A stretch of DNA of 64,000 nt, taken from positions 166,530-230,529 of the forward strand of contig JAWLHJ010000006.1 in assembly GCA_041690395.1 (NCBI GenBank), given 5' to 3'. The notes below the pieces were generated by a model. The model did not search any database, was not told the origin of the DNA, and saw only the letters and a list, made by a program, of their open reading frames with translations. A program made the position numbers and the translations under genes. Positions 40,506-50,103 of this stretch are shown in pieces (position 1 is the first letter of the stretch; every line of letters begins with the position of its first letter). The stretch comes from Longimicrobiales bacterium. Its GTDB lineage: Bacteria; Gemmatimonadota; Gemmatimonadetes; Longimicrobiales; Gaopeijiaceae.

Positions 40506-41291
40506 TCAGGCGACGCGTCGCGAGAACAGATCGTCCAGCGCGCTCCACCCTTCGAGCGCCTCGCGCGTCAGGTGGGCCCGCGCGAACGCGACGAGGAGCC
40601 AGCGACGGGCGTCGGGCTCCCTCAGCCGCCCCGGAGTGGCACCCGTCAGCACCCTGACCATACGACACATGTTGGTATCCGAGGTGAATCCCAGGGCGTT
40701 CGCCGCGGCCGCTACCGTCACCTCGGGCACGGAGAGGGCCTCCGCCACCGCCAGGCTCCGAAGCCAACGCTGGTATGTGAACGGCGACTCGAGGCCCCGT
40801 CTGCGGAAGCGAGCCTTCAGAGCACCTCGGCTCAAGCCGGCGAGCTCCGCCACCTCGCTCAGGTCCGTGTAGCGGGCGGGCAACTCGAGCGTGCGACGTG
40901 CGAAAGACCGGAACGACAGGGGAAGCGGGCCGCCCGCGAGTCGGCCCAGGTCCGCGAGCGTCCGGTCGACCCAGGTCGTTTCGCGGCTCAGTTCCGCGAC
41001 CATCCCACGGAGGCGCGTCTCGATGTAACCGCTGCGCGCCGGTGGAACGTCGTGCCGTTTCCGCGCCCTGTCCCACTTCGAGAGCAACTCCGGTGGAACG
41101 TAGAGGACCGGAACGCCCGAAACCCGTTCCGGCATGACGCCCCGCCGGTCGTCGCACACGAGGAGTCGAGCATGACCGTGCTCCAGCGCGCGGTCGATCC
41201 ACTCCCCGTCGGCCACGACGTCCTCGTCGGGACGGGCGATCCTCCGGACCGCGGCCTGGAGGCCGGGGTCACGCGCGGTGAGCAGGATCAT
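40506..41291 (-). CDS. AraC-family transcriptional regulator
   Basis: C-terminal LSEVAELAGLSRGALKARFRR...AAANALGFTSDTNMCRMVRVLTGATP double HTH. Confidence 0.8.
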   Translation of the reverse strand: MILLTARDPGLQAAVRRIARPDEDVVADGEWIDRALEHGHARLLVCDDRRGVMPERVSGVPVLYVPPELLSKWDRARKRHDVPPARSGYIETRLRGMVAELSRETTWVDRTLADLGRLAGGPLPLSFRSFARRTLELPARYTDLSEVAELAGLSRGALKARFRRRGLESPFTYQRWLRSLAVAEALSVPEVTVAAAANALGFTSDTNMCRMVRVLTGATPGRLREPDARRWLLVAFARAHLTREALEGWSALDDLFSRRVA

Positions 41292-41427
41292 GCGCAGATC
41301 TCATGCGTGGGCTGGTCGTGAGCGATGCCATGAAGCTGCGCGAAGGGCCCGCGGGGCGCAAACGCCCACGGGCCCTCCGTACTCACCAGCGCCCTCCGTG
41401 GGGCGCTCCATCTCCCCGTCGACCCGA

Positions 41428-42306
41428 TCAGATCGGAAGCGGCACCGGCTTTTCGCCGGACCAGTCGTAGAAGCCCTGGCCGGACTTGCGGCCGTACCGG
41501 CCCATCGCGACGATCCGCTTCAGGAGCGGCGGGGGCGCGTAACGCTCCTCCCGGTACTCGTCGAACATGATCTCACTGATCTTGTAGAGGGTGTCGATCC
41601 CCACGAAGTCACAAAGCGTGAAGGGACCCATCGGGTACCCGCAGCCGAGCACCATCCCCGTGTCGATGTCCTCGATGCTCGCCACCCCGCGCTCGAGCTG
41701 GCGGATCGCGTCGAGCATGTAGGGGACGAGCAGCAGGTTCACGACGAAGCCCGAGTTGTCCTTCGCGGCAATCGGCACCTTGCCGAGCTTCTTCGAGAAC
41801 GCGAACGCTCGGTCGAACGTCTCGTCGCTGGTCGCGATCGTGCGAACGACCTCGACGAGCTTCATCACCGGCACCGGATTGAAGAAGTGCAGCCCCACGA
41901 AGCGGTCGGCACGGTCGGTGTTCGCCGCCATGTCCGTGATCGTGAGCGAGCTCGTGTTCGACGCGAAGATCGTGTCGGGGCCGCAGAGGCCGTCGAGCTC
42001 GCCGAACAGGGCGTTCTTCACCTCGAGATCTTCGACGATAGCCTCGATGACGATGTCGCACGGCGCGAGGTCGGCGACCTCGGTCGTGAACGTGAGCCGG
42101 CCCAGGGCGGCATCGCGGTCCTCCGGGGAAATCTTCTCTTTCGACACGGCCCGCTCGAGCGACTTTTCGATGCGGCCGCGCCCCTTGTCCGCCGACGCCT
42201 GATCGACCTCACGAACGATGACGTCGAAGCCGTGGGTCGCGGCCACTTCGGCGATGCCGCTCCCCATGAGACCCGCTCCGACGACGCCCACCTTCTGAAT
42301 GCTCAA
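41428..42306 (-). CDS. hbd: 3-hydroxybutyryl-CoA dehydrogenase
   Basis: GAGLMGSGIA, EAIVE, ASNTSS, GLHFFNP, GYPMGP. Confidence 0.93.
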   Translation of the reverse strand: MSIQKVGVVGAGLMGSGIAEVAATHGFDVIVREVDQASADKGRGRIEKSLERAVSKEKISPEDRDAALGRLTFTTEVADLAPCDIVIEAIVEDLEVKNALFGELDGLCGPDTIFASNTSSLTITDMAANTDRADRFVGLHFFNPVPVMKLVEVVRTIATSDETFDRAFAFSKKLGKVPIAAKDNSGFVVNLLLVPYMLDAIRQLERGVASIEDIDTGMVLGCGYPMGPFTLCDFVGIDTLYKISEIMFDEYREERYAPPPLLKRIVAMGRYGRKSGQGFYDWSGEKPVPLPI

Positions 42307-42334
42307 GATTCGTCTCTCCGTGTATTCCGTAGGA

Positions 42335-42362
42335 TACTCATATTGTACTCAAGACTTACTCA
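42335..42362. repeat. Three TACTCA (TGAGTA) direct repeats at exact 11-bp spacing
   Basis: Copies at 42335, 42346 and 42357 in the thiolase-hbd spacer. Confidence 0.7.
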
Positions 42363-42371
42363 CGCCGAACG

Positions 42372-43580
42372 TCAGAAAGCCTCGACGATCACCGCGCCGC
42401 CCTGGCCGCCACCGATGCAGGCCGAACCGAGGCCGTAGCGGAGCCCACGACGCCGGAGCTCGTGCACGAGATGGATCGTGATCCGTGATCCCGACGCGGC
42501 GAGCGGGTGCGTGATCGCGATCGCCCCCCCGTTCACGTTGGTCTTCTCGGGATCCAGTCCGAGCTCCTTCTCCACCGACTTGTACTGCGGGGCGAAGGCC
42601 TCGTTGACCTCGACCAGGTCCATGTCCTCGAGCTCCATCCCGGCCTTCTCCAGCGCGAGTCGGGCGGCCGGAGCCGGACCGATGCCCATCACCTTCGGCT
42701 CTACGCCCACGAAGCCCCAGGACACGATGCGCCCGAGCGGCTTCAGCCCGTTCGCCTCGGCGTAGTCGGCTCCGGCCAGCACGGCGCTCGCCGCGCCGTC
42801 GCCGATGCCGCTCGCGTTCCCGGCCGTCACCAGTCCGTCCTTACGGAAGTACGGGCGCAGCTTGGCCAGCGTCTCCATGGTGGTGTCGGGGCGCATGTGC
42901 TCGTCGGCCGCGTACTGGGTCTCCCCCTTACGGGTCCTCACCGTCACGGGCGCGATCTCGGCTTCGAAATACCCGGCGTCCCAGGCGGCCTTGGCCCGCT
43001 GCTGCGACAGATACGCCACCTCGTCGGCTTCCTCGCGCGTGACCTTGTAGCGATCCGCCAGCTCCTCGGCGGTCTGTGCCATGGTCAGGTCACAGTTCGT
43101 GTCGAGGAGGGACTGCCAGAGCATGTCCTCGAACTGCTGGCCGGCCGGGCCGAGCCGGAGCGCCTGGCCCCAGCGAGCACCCCGCACCACGTGCGGTGCC
43201 TGGCTCATGGACTCGGTGCCGCCTGTCAGACAGACGTTCGCCTCGCCGAGGACGATTTCCTTCGCACCCTGGACGATCGCTTCGAAGCCGGAGCCGCACA
43301 GACGGTTCACGGTCAGCGCGGGCTTCTCCTCGGGCACGCCCGCCTTGAGCGCCACATGACGTGCCAGATAGATCGCGTCCGCGGAGGTCTGGAGGGCGTT
43401 GCCGAAGAAGGTGTGATCGATCTGGTCGGCCGTGATGCCGGCCGCCTCGATCGCGGCGGAGCTGCTTAAGGCGCCCAGGTCGGTGGCCGTGAAGTCCTTG
43501 AGGCTACCGCCGAACGTGCCGAAGCCCGTGCGCTTCCCCGCGAGGATGACGACGTCGCGTGAGTGTCCTTGGGTTGCCAT
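42372..43580 (-). CDS. Acetyl-CoA acyltransferase (thiolase)
   Basis: NRLCGSG, TAGNASG, EVNEAFA, GGAIAITHP, CIGGGQG. Confidence 0.95.
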   Translation of the reverse strand: MATQGHSRDVVILAGKRTGFGTFGGSLKDFTATDLGALSSSAAIEAAGITADQIDHTFFGNALQTSADAIYLARHVALKAGVPEEKPALTVNRLCGSGFEAIVQGAKEIVLGEANVCLTGGTESMSQAPHVVRGARWGQALRLGPAGQQFEDMLWQSLLDTNCDLTMAQTAEELADRYKVTREEADEVAYLSQQRAKAAWDAGYFEAEIAPVTVRTRKGETQYAADEHMRPDTTMETLAKLRPYFRKDGLVTAGNASGIGDGAASAVLAGADYAEANGLKPLGRIVSWGFVGVEPKVMGIGPAPAARLALEKAGMELEDMDLVEVNEAFAPQYKSVEKELGLDPEKTNVNGGAIAITHPLAASGSRITIHLVHELRRRGLRYGLGSACIGGGQGGAVIVEAF

Positions 43581-43696
43581 GAATCCTCTGATCGAAATGA
43601 TGGTCGTGTGATCGTTCGACTGGTCGGACCCGGGGCTACCCCCTGCGTCCGTCTCGGTTCACCGGAAGCGCCGCACGGGCGGGCCCGCCGATGCGC

Positions 43697-44746
43697 TCAG
43701 CCGCGGACGCGCTCCACGATCCAGTCACCCACCTGGCTCGTCGTGAGGGATCCACCCAGATCCGGCGTGGTCGCGCCCTCCCGAATCGACGCCACGACCG
43801 TGTCGTGGATCCGTTCGGCCCCGGCCGTGTCGCCGAAGTGTTGGAGCATCAGCCCCACGCAACGGACGGCGCCGAGGGGATTGGCCTTGCCCTGGCCCGC
43901 GATGTCCGGGGCGGATCCGTGCACCGGCTCGAAGAGGGCGTGCTTGCCAGGGTGGATGTTCGCGGATGGCGCGAGGCCCAGGCCGCCCGTGATCTCGGCC
44001 GCGAGGTCGCTCACGATGTCGCCGAACAGGTTCGGCGCCACGATGACCCGGTACCGCTCCGGCCGCCGGACGAGGTCCATCGCCATGGCATCCACGTACA
44101 TGGCATCGGTCTCGATGCCCGGGAAGTCCTCGGCGACCTCCTTGAACACGCGGCGCCAGAGCCCGCCCACGTGGCGCATCGCGTTCGCCTTGTCGACCAG
44201 CGTCACACGCTCACGACCGTGCTCCCGCGCGTACTCGAAGCCTGCGCGGATGAGCCGCTCCACGCCCTTGCGGGTCGCGATGTTCTCCTCGATGGCGAGC
44301 TCGTCGGGGGTACCGGACTTGAAGCTCCCGCCCATGCCCGTGTACTCGCCCTCCGTGTTCTCACGGAAGATCTCCAGGTTGAGCCCCGGATCGACCGACT
44401 CGAGGGGACACAGCTCCGGCGCGAGGAGGGTACACGGCCGGAAGTTCACGTAGAGATCCAGCCGGAAGCGCATGCCGAGCAGGATGTCCTTGGCGTGCTC
44501 GTTGCCCGGCACCCGTGGGTCGCCGAGGGCGCCCAGGAGAACCGCGTCGTGGTCGTCCGCGAGCGACCGGAACTCGTCGTCGGTGATCGTCACACCGTCC
44601 CGCAGATAGCGGTCGGCGCCGAGGTCCCAGTCCACGAGCTCGTAGCTCTGACCGGACACGGAGGCGGAGGCCTCGAGCACGCGCCGAGCCTCCGCGAGCA
44701 CTTCCGTTCCGATTCCGTCACCGGGAATGAGGGCGATCCTGGGCAT
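43697..44746 (-). CDS. Isocitrate/isopropylmalate dehydrogenase family (LeuB type 2-like)
   Basis: GDGIG, RENTEGEY, DKAN, NLFGDIVSD, EPVHGSAPDIAG; substrate not determinable by eye. Confidence 0.88.
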   Translation of the reverse strand: MPRIALIPGDGIGTEVLAEARRVLEASASVSGQSYELVDWDLGADRYLRDGVTITDDEFRSLADDHDAVLLGALGDPRVPGNEHAKDILLGMRFRLDLYVNFRPCTLLAPELCPLESVDPGLNLEIFRENTEGEYTGMGGSFKSGTPDELAIEENIATRKGVERLIRAGFEYAREHGRERVTLVDKANAMRHVGGLWRRVFKEVAEDFPGIETDAMYVDAMAMDLVRRPERYRVIVAPNLFGDIVSDLAAEITGGLGLAPSANIHPGKHALFEPVHGSAPDIAGQGKANPLGAVRCVGLMLQHFGDTAGAERIHDTVVASIREGATTPDLGGSLTTSQVGDWIVERVRG

Positions 44747-44859
44747 AATCCATCCGGGTCGGAGGGAGGCCGACGGCGGCGGGCCGCCGGGCCGGCAAAG
44801 CCCCGGAGATTAAACGAAGACGTCGCCGATTTCCACCGCGGGAGGGTGGTGCCCGCGCC

Positions 44860-45333
44860 TCACCTCTCCGGGAGCGGCTCCACGACGATCACGCCCCTTC
44901 GGACGGGGCCGCCGCCCTCCACGTGGAAGGGATACCGCCCCGGCGGAGCGTCGACGAAGGAGAGCACGAAACGGCTTCCGCGTGACACCATGGGCGGGGA
45001 CGCGAGTTGGTCCAGCCCCTCCATGAAGGAGAGCGCCGGGCCGGCGAGGCTGTCGACTTCGAAGAGCAGCTCGTGGACCCAGGAGTCGGCGGTCACGAAC
45101 TGCAGGTAGTCGCCCTGGAGCACCACCACTTCGGCCGGGTCGACCGCGCCCTCGATGCCCCCGAGGAGGCGCACCTCGTGCACCCGGTCGCTGGGCTCGA
45201 GGCCGAGCTCGCGCTGGAGTCGCTGGTCCGGCGGCAGATCCGACTCGCCGGAACCACAGCCCGTCAGGATGAAGCCGAGGAGGGCGGCCGCGGCCACCCT
45301 CGACCGCTTCAGGACGGGCGCTCGGTTCCGCAC
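44860..45333 (-). CDS. Lipoprotein with a cupredoxin-like fold
   Basis: Lipobox LTGC; P-x-x-V-x-V-x-x-GD-x-L-x-F...H...PGRYPF...G-x-I-x-V pattern. Start approximate. Confidence 0.65.
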   Translation of the reverse strand: MRNRAPVLKRSRVAAAALLGFILTGCGSGESDLPPDQRLQRELGLEPSDRVHEVRLLGGIEGAVDPAEVVVLQGDYLQFVTADSWVHELLFEVDSLAGPALSFMEGLDQLASPPMVSRGSRFVLSFVDAPPGRYPFHVEGGGPVRRGVIVVEPLPER

Positions 45334-45983
45334 GAGATGCAGAAACGCCACTCCGGCTCGAGCTCCTCGCCACAGCCGGCGCACGGAACGGCATGGACGT
45401 CGGTTCCGCAATAGGGACAGAAGTTGAGGTCGTCCCGGGCGGGCAGCGGGGCGCGGCACCACCGGCAGGTCTCGCCGGCACTGCCCGGGGCGGACGCGAC
45501 CCCTTCGCCGGCAGATCCGTCCGGAACGGACCCGCCCACCGTGTCGACGTTGCCGCCAGTCGCTCCGCGGGCCCCGATCGCGGCCTCCGGCCGCCGGGAC
45601 GCGTCCGCCTCCGATGACTCTCCCTCCGCCCGCCCCGCCCCGTTCGCGAAGTCGGGGTTGAGCCGCACGTCGACCGCCGCGTACTCGCGGTACACTCCGG
45701 TGTTGGGGTTCTTCGACTGCAGCTCGGACCGGAGCTCGCGCAACGCGTGCTCGGACTCGAGCACGAGGTATCCCCCCTCCCCGGCGAGGAGCCGGATGAG
45801 GGCGTCCTCGTAGTCCCCGTTCATCTCGACGCCGATCCGGTCACGATGCGTCGGATAGGGGACCAGATCCTGATAGATCTCGGCGACGGTGAACGGCCCC
45901 GTCAGATAGTCCGGACGCTTGGACCTGATCTCCTCGACCAGGACCTTGTGAAAGGACTGCAGCACGTCGTCCGCAACCGTCAT
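45309..45983 (-). CDS. Protein with a C-terminal double zinc ribbon
   Basis: CRWC...FCPYCG...CAGCG...FCISCG; ATGA overlap with the TPR gene. Confidence 0.8.
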   Translation of the reverse strand: MTVADDVLQSFHKVLVEEIRSKRPDYLTGPFTVAEIYQDLVPYPTHRDRIGVEMNGDYEDALIRLLAGEGGYLVLESEHALRELRSELQSKNPNTGVYREYAAVDVRLNPDFANGAGRAEGESSEADASRRPEAAIGARGATGGNVDTVGGSVPDGSAGEGVASAPGSAGETCRWCRAPLPARDDLNFCPYCGTDVHAVPCAGCGEELEPEWRFCISCGTERPS

Positions 45984-47086
45984 CCGTCGTCTCTCTCCGT
46001 TTCCAGTCTGATGAGACCCGCGGCGATGGCGCTGCAGACGAAGGTCTCGGGATCCGTGAAGGGGATCTCGAGGCCGCTCTGCTCGTGCCAGCGCTCCGCG
46101 AGCCTGCGCATGTACCGCCCGAGGCTCTCGTGTGAGAAGCCCGCGAGGTCCCTCATTTGACGCACGATCTCCACCCATGTTCCCTGCAGCCTACGTCCGT
46201 CCCCGAGCCGCACCACGAATGCCTCGTGAGGACCGGCGCCTCGCTCGAATAGCTCGAGCTGCCCGGGATCGTAGGGCTGTGGCGCATTGCCCTCCACCCT
46301 CGACTCGATCTCGGCCAGCAGGCGGTCGACCGGGTCCTCGAAGTCCTCGAGCTCCCGGAGCCGTTGCTCCCACGGGACCAGGTGGACGTCACCGGCGTCG
46401 AGGTGCCAGAGGCTCCTCTTCAGCTCGATGAGCCGCCAGACGGCGAGGGGGTCCCAGTGCTCGGGAGGAGGCACCCGCTCCAACTCCCTGAGCGCGGCTT
46501 CCCAGTCACCGCGGTCGTAAAGAAGGTGACCCAGGTAGATGCGCGCTTCGTGGAGGTCTGGGTCGAGCCGGAGCGCCCGGCGAATCTGCCGACCTGCGCC
46601 CACGTCGTCGCCCAGACGATGGAGCGCATACCCGAGCGAGGCGGCCGCCTCGGCGTTGTCGGGTCGCGCCGACGCCGCCTGGGCGAAGACGTCGCGACAT
46701 TCCGCGTACATCGCCGCGCGGTAGAGCGCCCGGCCGATGGTGAGCATCAGCTCGATATCGTCGTCGTAGCCCGCTTCCGCCACACGCCTGAAGAGCTCCA
46801 TGGCGCCGGCATGATCGCCGAAGCGGAGAAGCGCTTCTCCCAGCCCGACCAGGGCGTCCTCGTGGTTGGGATCCAGCACCACGGCCCGGTCGAACGCGTG
46901 GCGCGCCCAGGCATACTCTTCACGGGCGAGCCGTGCGTATCCGAGTCCCACGTAGAGCTCCACCGCGTTGGGGTAGAGCGTCAGGCCCTCCTTGAGCATC
47001 TCGAGGGCCCCGTCGTAATCACCGTCGTTGTAGAGCTTGTGTGCCTGTTCGTCGTATTCCTCCGAGCTGAGGAACCGGTCGGGCAT
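45980..47086 (-). CDS. Tetratricopeptide-repeat protein
   Basis: Multiple TPR-like repeats (LGYA..., LDPNHEDALVGLG, LDPDLHEARIYLG); AAGGAG RBS before ATG 47086. Confidence 0.85.
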   Translation of the reverse strand: MPDRFLSSEEYDEQAHKLYNDGDYDGALEMLKEGLTLYPNAVELYVGLGYARLAREEYAWARHAFDRAVVLDPNHEDALVGLGEALLRFGDHAGAMELFRRVAEAGYDDDIELMLTIGRALYRAAMYAECRDVFAQAASARPDNAEAAASLGYALHRLGDDVGAGRQIRRALRLDPDLHEARIYLGHLLYDRGDWEAALRELERVPPPEHWDPLAVWRLIELKRSLWHLDAGDVHLVPWEQRLRELEDFEDPVDRLLAEIESRVEGNAPQPYDPGQLELFERGAGPHEAFVVRLGDGRRLQGTWVEIVRQMRDLAGFSHESLGRYMRRLAERWHEQSGLEIPFTDPETFVCSAIAAGLIRLETERDDG

Positions 47087-47200
47087 GTAGCTGAGCTCCT
47101 TGTCGACGACGGAAGCCGACGCGATGGGCATGCACCGGACGGAGGTGCAGGTGAGCCGGAAATTAATGTGCGCCGACGTACGGAACCACCCTGCCGCGGG

Positions 47201-47539
47201 TCAGACCTTCCCGTAGGTCACGCCACACGCGGAGCAGACGAGCTCCTTGCCGGCCCTGGTCAGCAAATGGCCGGGTCCGTGCCTCGGGCAGTCGGGGTCC
47301 CGACCGGCCTCCAGCTGGTCCTTGACCTTCTTCTTCTCGGTCCGGGTGGCCTTCGGAATCGGCAATTCGTACCGCAGCGACGAAGCACTGCACTCTAGGA
47401 GAGCCATGGCACTGCCGTCGTCGAGCGGACGGACGCGGAGCAGGATGAGGAAGCCTCCGGCCGGCGACTCCATGCGCTGCCCCGCGTAATACTGCTTCAG
47501 CAGCGCCTTCTCGTTGTCGAGTTGCAGGATCTGGCCCAA
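47201..47539 (-). CDS. Small hypothetical protein with Cys/His metal-binding motifs
   Basis: CPRH...CSACG; TTG start after a G-rich RBS. Confidence 0.7.
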   Translation of the reverse strand: MGQILQLDNEKALLKQYYAGQRMESPAGGFLILLRVRPLDDGSAMALLECSASSLRYELPIPKATRTEKKKVKDQLEAGRDPDCPRHGPGHLLTRAGKELVCSACGVTYGKV

Positions 47540-47623
47540 GACACCCCCCCGTATTCGACGAAAATTGGCCGGGAGTATACCTGCACCGCCCGCCCGGCGC
47601 CACCCGGGCCTCGCAGGGGAACG

Positions 47624-47668
47624 AAAAACGGAGCGGGGAGTCGCCCAAGGGTGACTCCCCGCTCCGTT
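47624..47668 (-). terminator. Rho-independent terminator
   Basis: AACGGAGCGGGGAGTCACCC-TT-GGGCGACTCCCCGCTCCGTTTTT after 47699-47959. Confidence 0.8.
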
Positions 47669-47698
47669 CAGACTTCGGGAGACGGCGTGACCGTTGGG

Positions 47699-47959
47699 TC
47701 AGGCGACGCCCGCGTCCTCCAGCTTCTTGGCCGAGCTGCCCGCGCCGTGCGCGATGGCCGGCCGGCAGAACCGGATCCCGATCTCGTGCAGGCCCCGGAG
47801 CTCCAGATCACTCAGATCCGGATACCGCTCACCGAGGTACTCGATGGTCTCGTCCATCCAATGGCGCTGATCGTCCTCGGCCGCCTGCAATACGCCACAC
47901 CGGTTGATGTGGCTGAACAGCTCGTCACGCGCGCGATCCAGAAGTTTCTCTTTCGACAA
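47699..47959 (-). CDS. Small helical hypothetical protein
   Basis: GGAGGGAG RBS, TTG start, own terminator. Confidence 0.75.
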   Translation of the reverse strand: MSKEKLLDRARDELFSHINRCGVLQAAEDDQRHWMDETIEYLGERYPDLSDLELRGLHEIGIRFCRPAIAHGAGSSAKKLEDAGVA

Positions 47960-48062
47960 AATCTCCCTCCGTCTTGTTCCTAGCCAGGGCCCACCCCTGG
48001 TTTTGGCATGGGCCTCAGCCGTATAACGTAATCATGATTCAACCTTTGACCAAACCGTGACC

Positions 48063-49655
48063 ATGGACCGTGACCCTACGCTCGACCCGGTGACGCTTGA
48101 AGTGTACCGGCACCTCTTCACCGCCCTCGCCGAGGAGATGGGTGCCGCGCTGCGACGTACGTCCTTCTCCCCGAACATCAAGGAACGGCGTGACTACTCG
48201 TGCGCGCTCTTCGACCCCGAGGCACGGGCGGTGGCGTTGGGCGACCACATGCCGGTCCACCTGGGCGCGATGCCGATGAGCGTCCATGCGGCGCTCGAAC
48301 GGCTGGGGCCCTTGGCGCCCGGAGACGTCGCGTGCCTGAACGACCCGTTCCACGGCGGGACGCACCTCCCCGACATCACCCTGGTCGCGCCGGTGCACGA
48401 GGGCGATCGGCTCCTGGGCTACGTCGCGTCCCGGGCGCACCACAGCGACGTGGGTGGGTCGACCCCCGGGTCGATGCCCCTGGCGCGCGAGATCTTCGAG
48501 GAGGGGCTCCGCATTCCGCCGGTCAAGCTCTTCGAGGCGGGGGTGCGCAACGAGGCGCTCTGGCAGACCATCCTCGCCAACGTCCGGACCCCGGACGAGC
48601 GCTCGGGTGATCTCGACGCGCAGCTCGCGGCGCTCAACACGGGGGCGCGCCGCCTGCGGGAGATCGCGGGACGCAGGGGCGAGGACCTCACGCTCCGGGC
48701 AATGGACGGCCTCATTCGATACGCTGACCGCCTGGTCGACGCCGGCACGCGCCGCATCCCGGAGGGTCGCTACGAGGCCGAGGACCACCTCGAGGACGAC
48801 GGATTCGGGTCCGGACCGGTGCCCATTCGGGTGGCCCTGACGGTACGCGAAGGCTCGATCGACGTCGACTTCAGCGGAAGCTCGCCGCAGGTGCCGGGCG
48901 GGGTGAACGCCGTCTCGGCCATCACGGCTTCCGCGGTGCGGTATACGGTCCGCTGCGTGATCGAGGCGCTGCTCGGAGAGTCGATGCCCGCGGGAGGTGG
49001 GTCCATGGCCGCCGTCGCGCTGACCCTGCCGGAGGGATCCGTGGTGAACGCGAAGCTCCCCGCCTCGGTCGCCGCCGGGAACGTGGAGACCAGCCAACGC
49101 ATCACCGATGTCCTGATCCGCGCCTTCGCCGAAGCCCTGCCGGATCTCATGCCCGCGCTCTCGCAGGGAACCATGAACAACACGACCATCGGCGGCGTCG
49201 ACCCCCGCACCGGGCAGCCGTTCGCCTACTACGAGACCGTCGGCGGCGGGATGGGTGCCGGACCGTCGGGCGACGGCCTGAGCGGCGTGCACACGCACAT
49301 GTCCAACTCGCTCAACACGCCCGTCGAAGCGCTCGAGCACGCCTATCCGTTCCGCGTGACGCGGTACGGCCTCCGGCGGGGCACCGGCGGCCGGGGAGTC
49401 CACCGCGGCGGGGACGGACTCCGGCGGGATATCATGCTCTTCGCGCCGGCACGGGTCGCGCTCCTCTGCGAGCGCCGGGTCGAAGGCCCGGCCGGCGCCC
49501 GCGGGGGAGCTCCGGGCTCACCCGGAGAGAACGTGCTGATCCGCGACGGGGAGGAGAAGTCGTTGCCCGGAAAGGCTACATTCTTCGTCGAAGCGGGCGA
49601 CATCGTCAGCATCCGCTCCCCGGGAGGCGGAGGGTGGGGGCGGCCGCCCGAGTGA
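48063..49655 (+). CDS. Hydantoinase B / 5-oxoprolinase family protein
   Basis: EEMG...SPNIKERRDYSCA, PVHLG, NDPFHGGTHLPD, HHSDVGG, GNVETSQR, SQGTMNN, SPGGGGWG. Confidence 0.93.
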   Translation: MDRDPTLDPVTLEVYRHLFTALAEEMGAALRRTSFSPNIKERRDYSCALFDPEARAVALGDHMPVHLGAMPMSVHAALERLGPLAPGDVACLNDPFHGGTHLPDITLVAPVHEGDRLLGYVASRAHHSDVGGSTPGSMPLAREIFEEGLRIPPVKLFEAGVRNEALWQTILANVRTPDERSGDLDAQLAALNTGARRLREIAGRRGEDLTLRAMDGLIRYADRLVDAGTRRIPEGRYEAEDHLEDDGFGSGPVPIRVALTVREGSIDVDFSGSSPQVPGGVNAVSAITASAVRYTVRCVIEALLGESMPAGGGSMAAVALTLPEGSVVNAKLPASVAAGNVETSQRITDVLIRAFAEALPDLMPALSQGTMNNTTIGGVDPRTGQPFAYYETVGGGMGAGPSGDGLSGVHTHMSNSLNTPVEALEHAYPFRVTRYGLRRGTGGRGVHRGGDGLRRDIMLFAPARVALLCERRVEGPAGARGGAPGSPGENVLIRDGEEKSLPGKATFFVEAGDIVSIRSPGGGGWGRPPE

Positions 49656-49686
49656 CCGAGGCCCCAGCAGCGACAAGCCGAGCGAC

Positions 49687-50103
49687 ATGCATCTCCGATT
49701 CTCAGCGATCTGCGACGAAGCCCACGCCACGCCCGAGGGAAAGCTCGAGCTCCACGGCGTCTATCACGATCTCTCGGCGCCGGGCTTCCCGGCGAAGCAG
49801 GACCGGCTCGTGCTGGTGCTCGTGCTCGAATGGGACCGGGAGGACCATGGACGATTCCGCTTCCGCGCCGATCTCGAGGACGAAGACGGCAACACGTCGC
49901 TCACCGTGGAAGGTGAGACGGAGGTCCGGACGCCCCGCGAGGGGAACCCGCCCTCACGTAGTCAGCTCGTCATGCCCATGGAGGACGTGATCTTCCCGCA
50001 TGCCGGCCAGTACGTCTTCCGTGTGCGCGTGAAGGGGCAGACCCTGGACGGGCCGGGCCTCTACCTCATGGAGGTCCCCGAGGAGTCCGCGACCCCGTCG
50101 TGA
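49687..50103 (+). CDS. Hypothetical beta-sandwich protein (DUF6941-like)
   Basis: AICDEA...GKL...G...FP...G-x-Y pattern. Confidence 0.65.
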   Translation: MHLRFSAICDEAHATPEGKLELHGVYHDLSAPGFPAKQDRLVLVLVLEWDREDHGRFRFRADLEDEDGNTSLTVEGETEVRTPREGNPPSRSQLVMPMEDVIFPHAGQYVFRVRVKGQTLDGPGLYLMEVPEESATPS

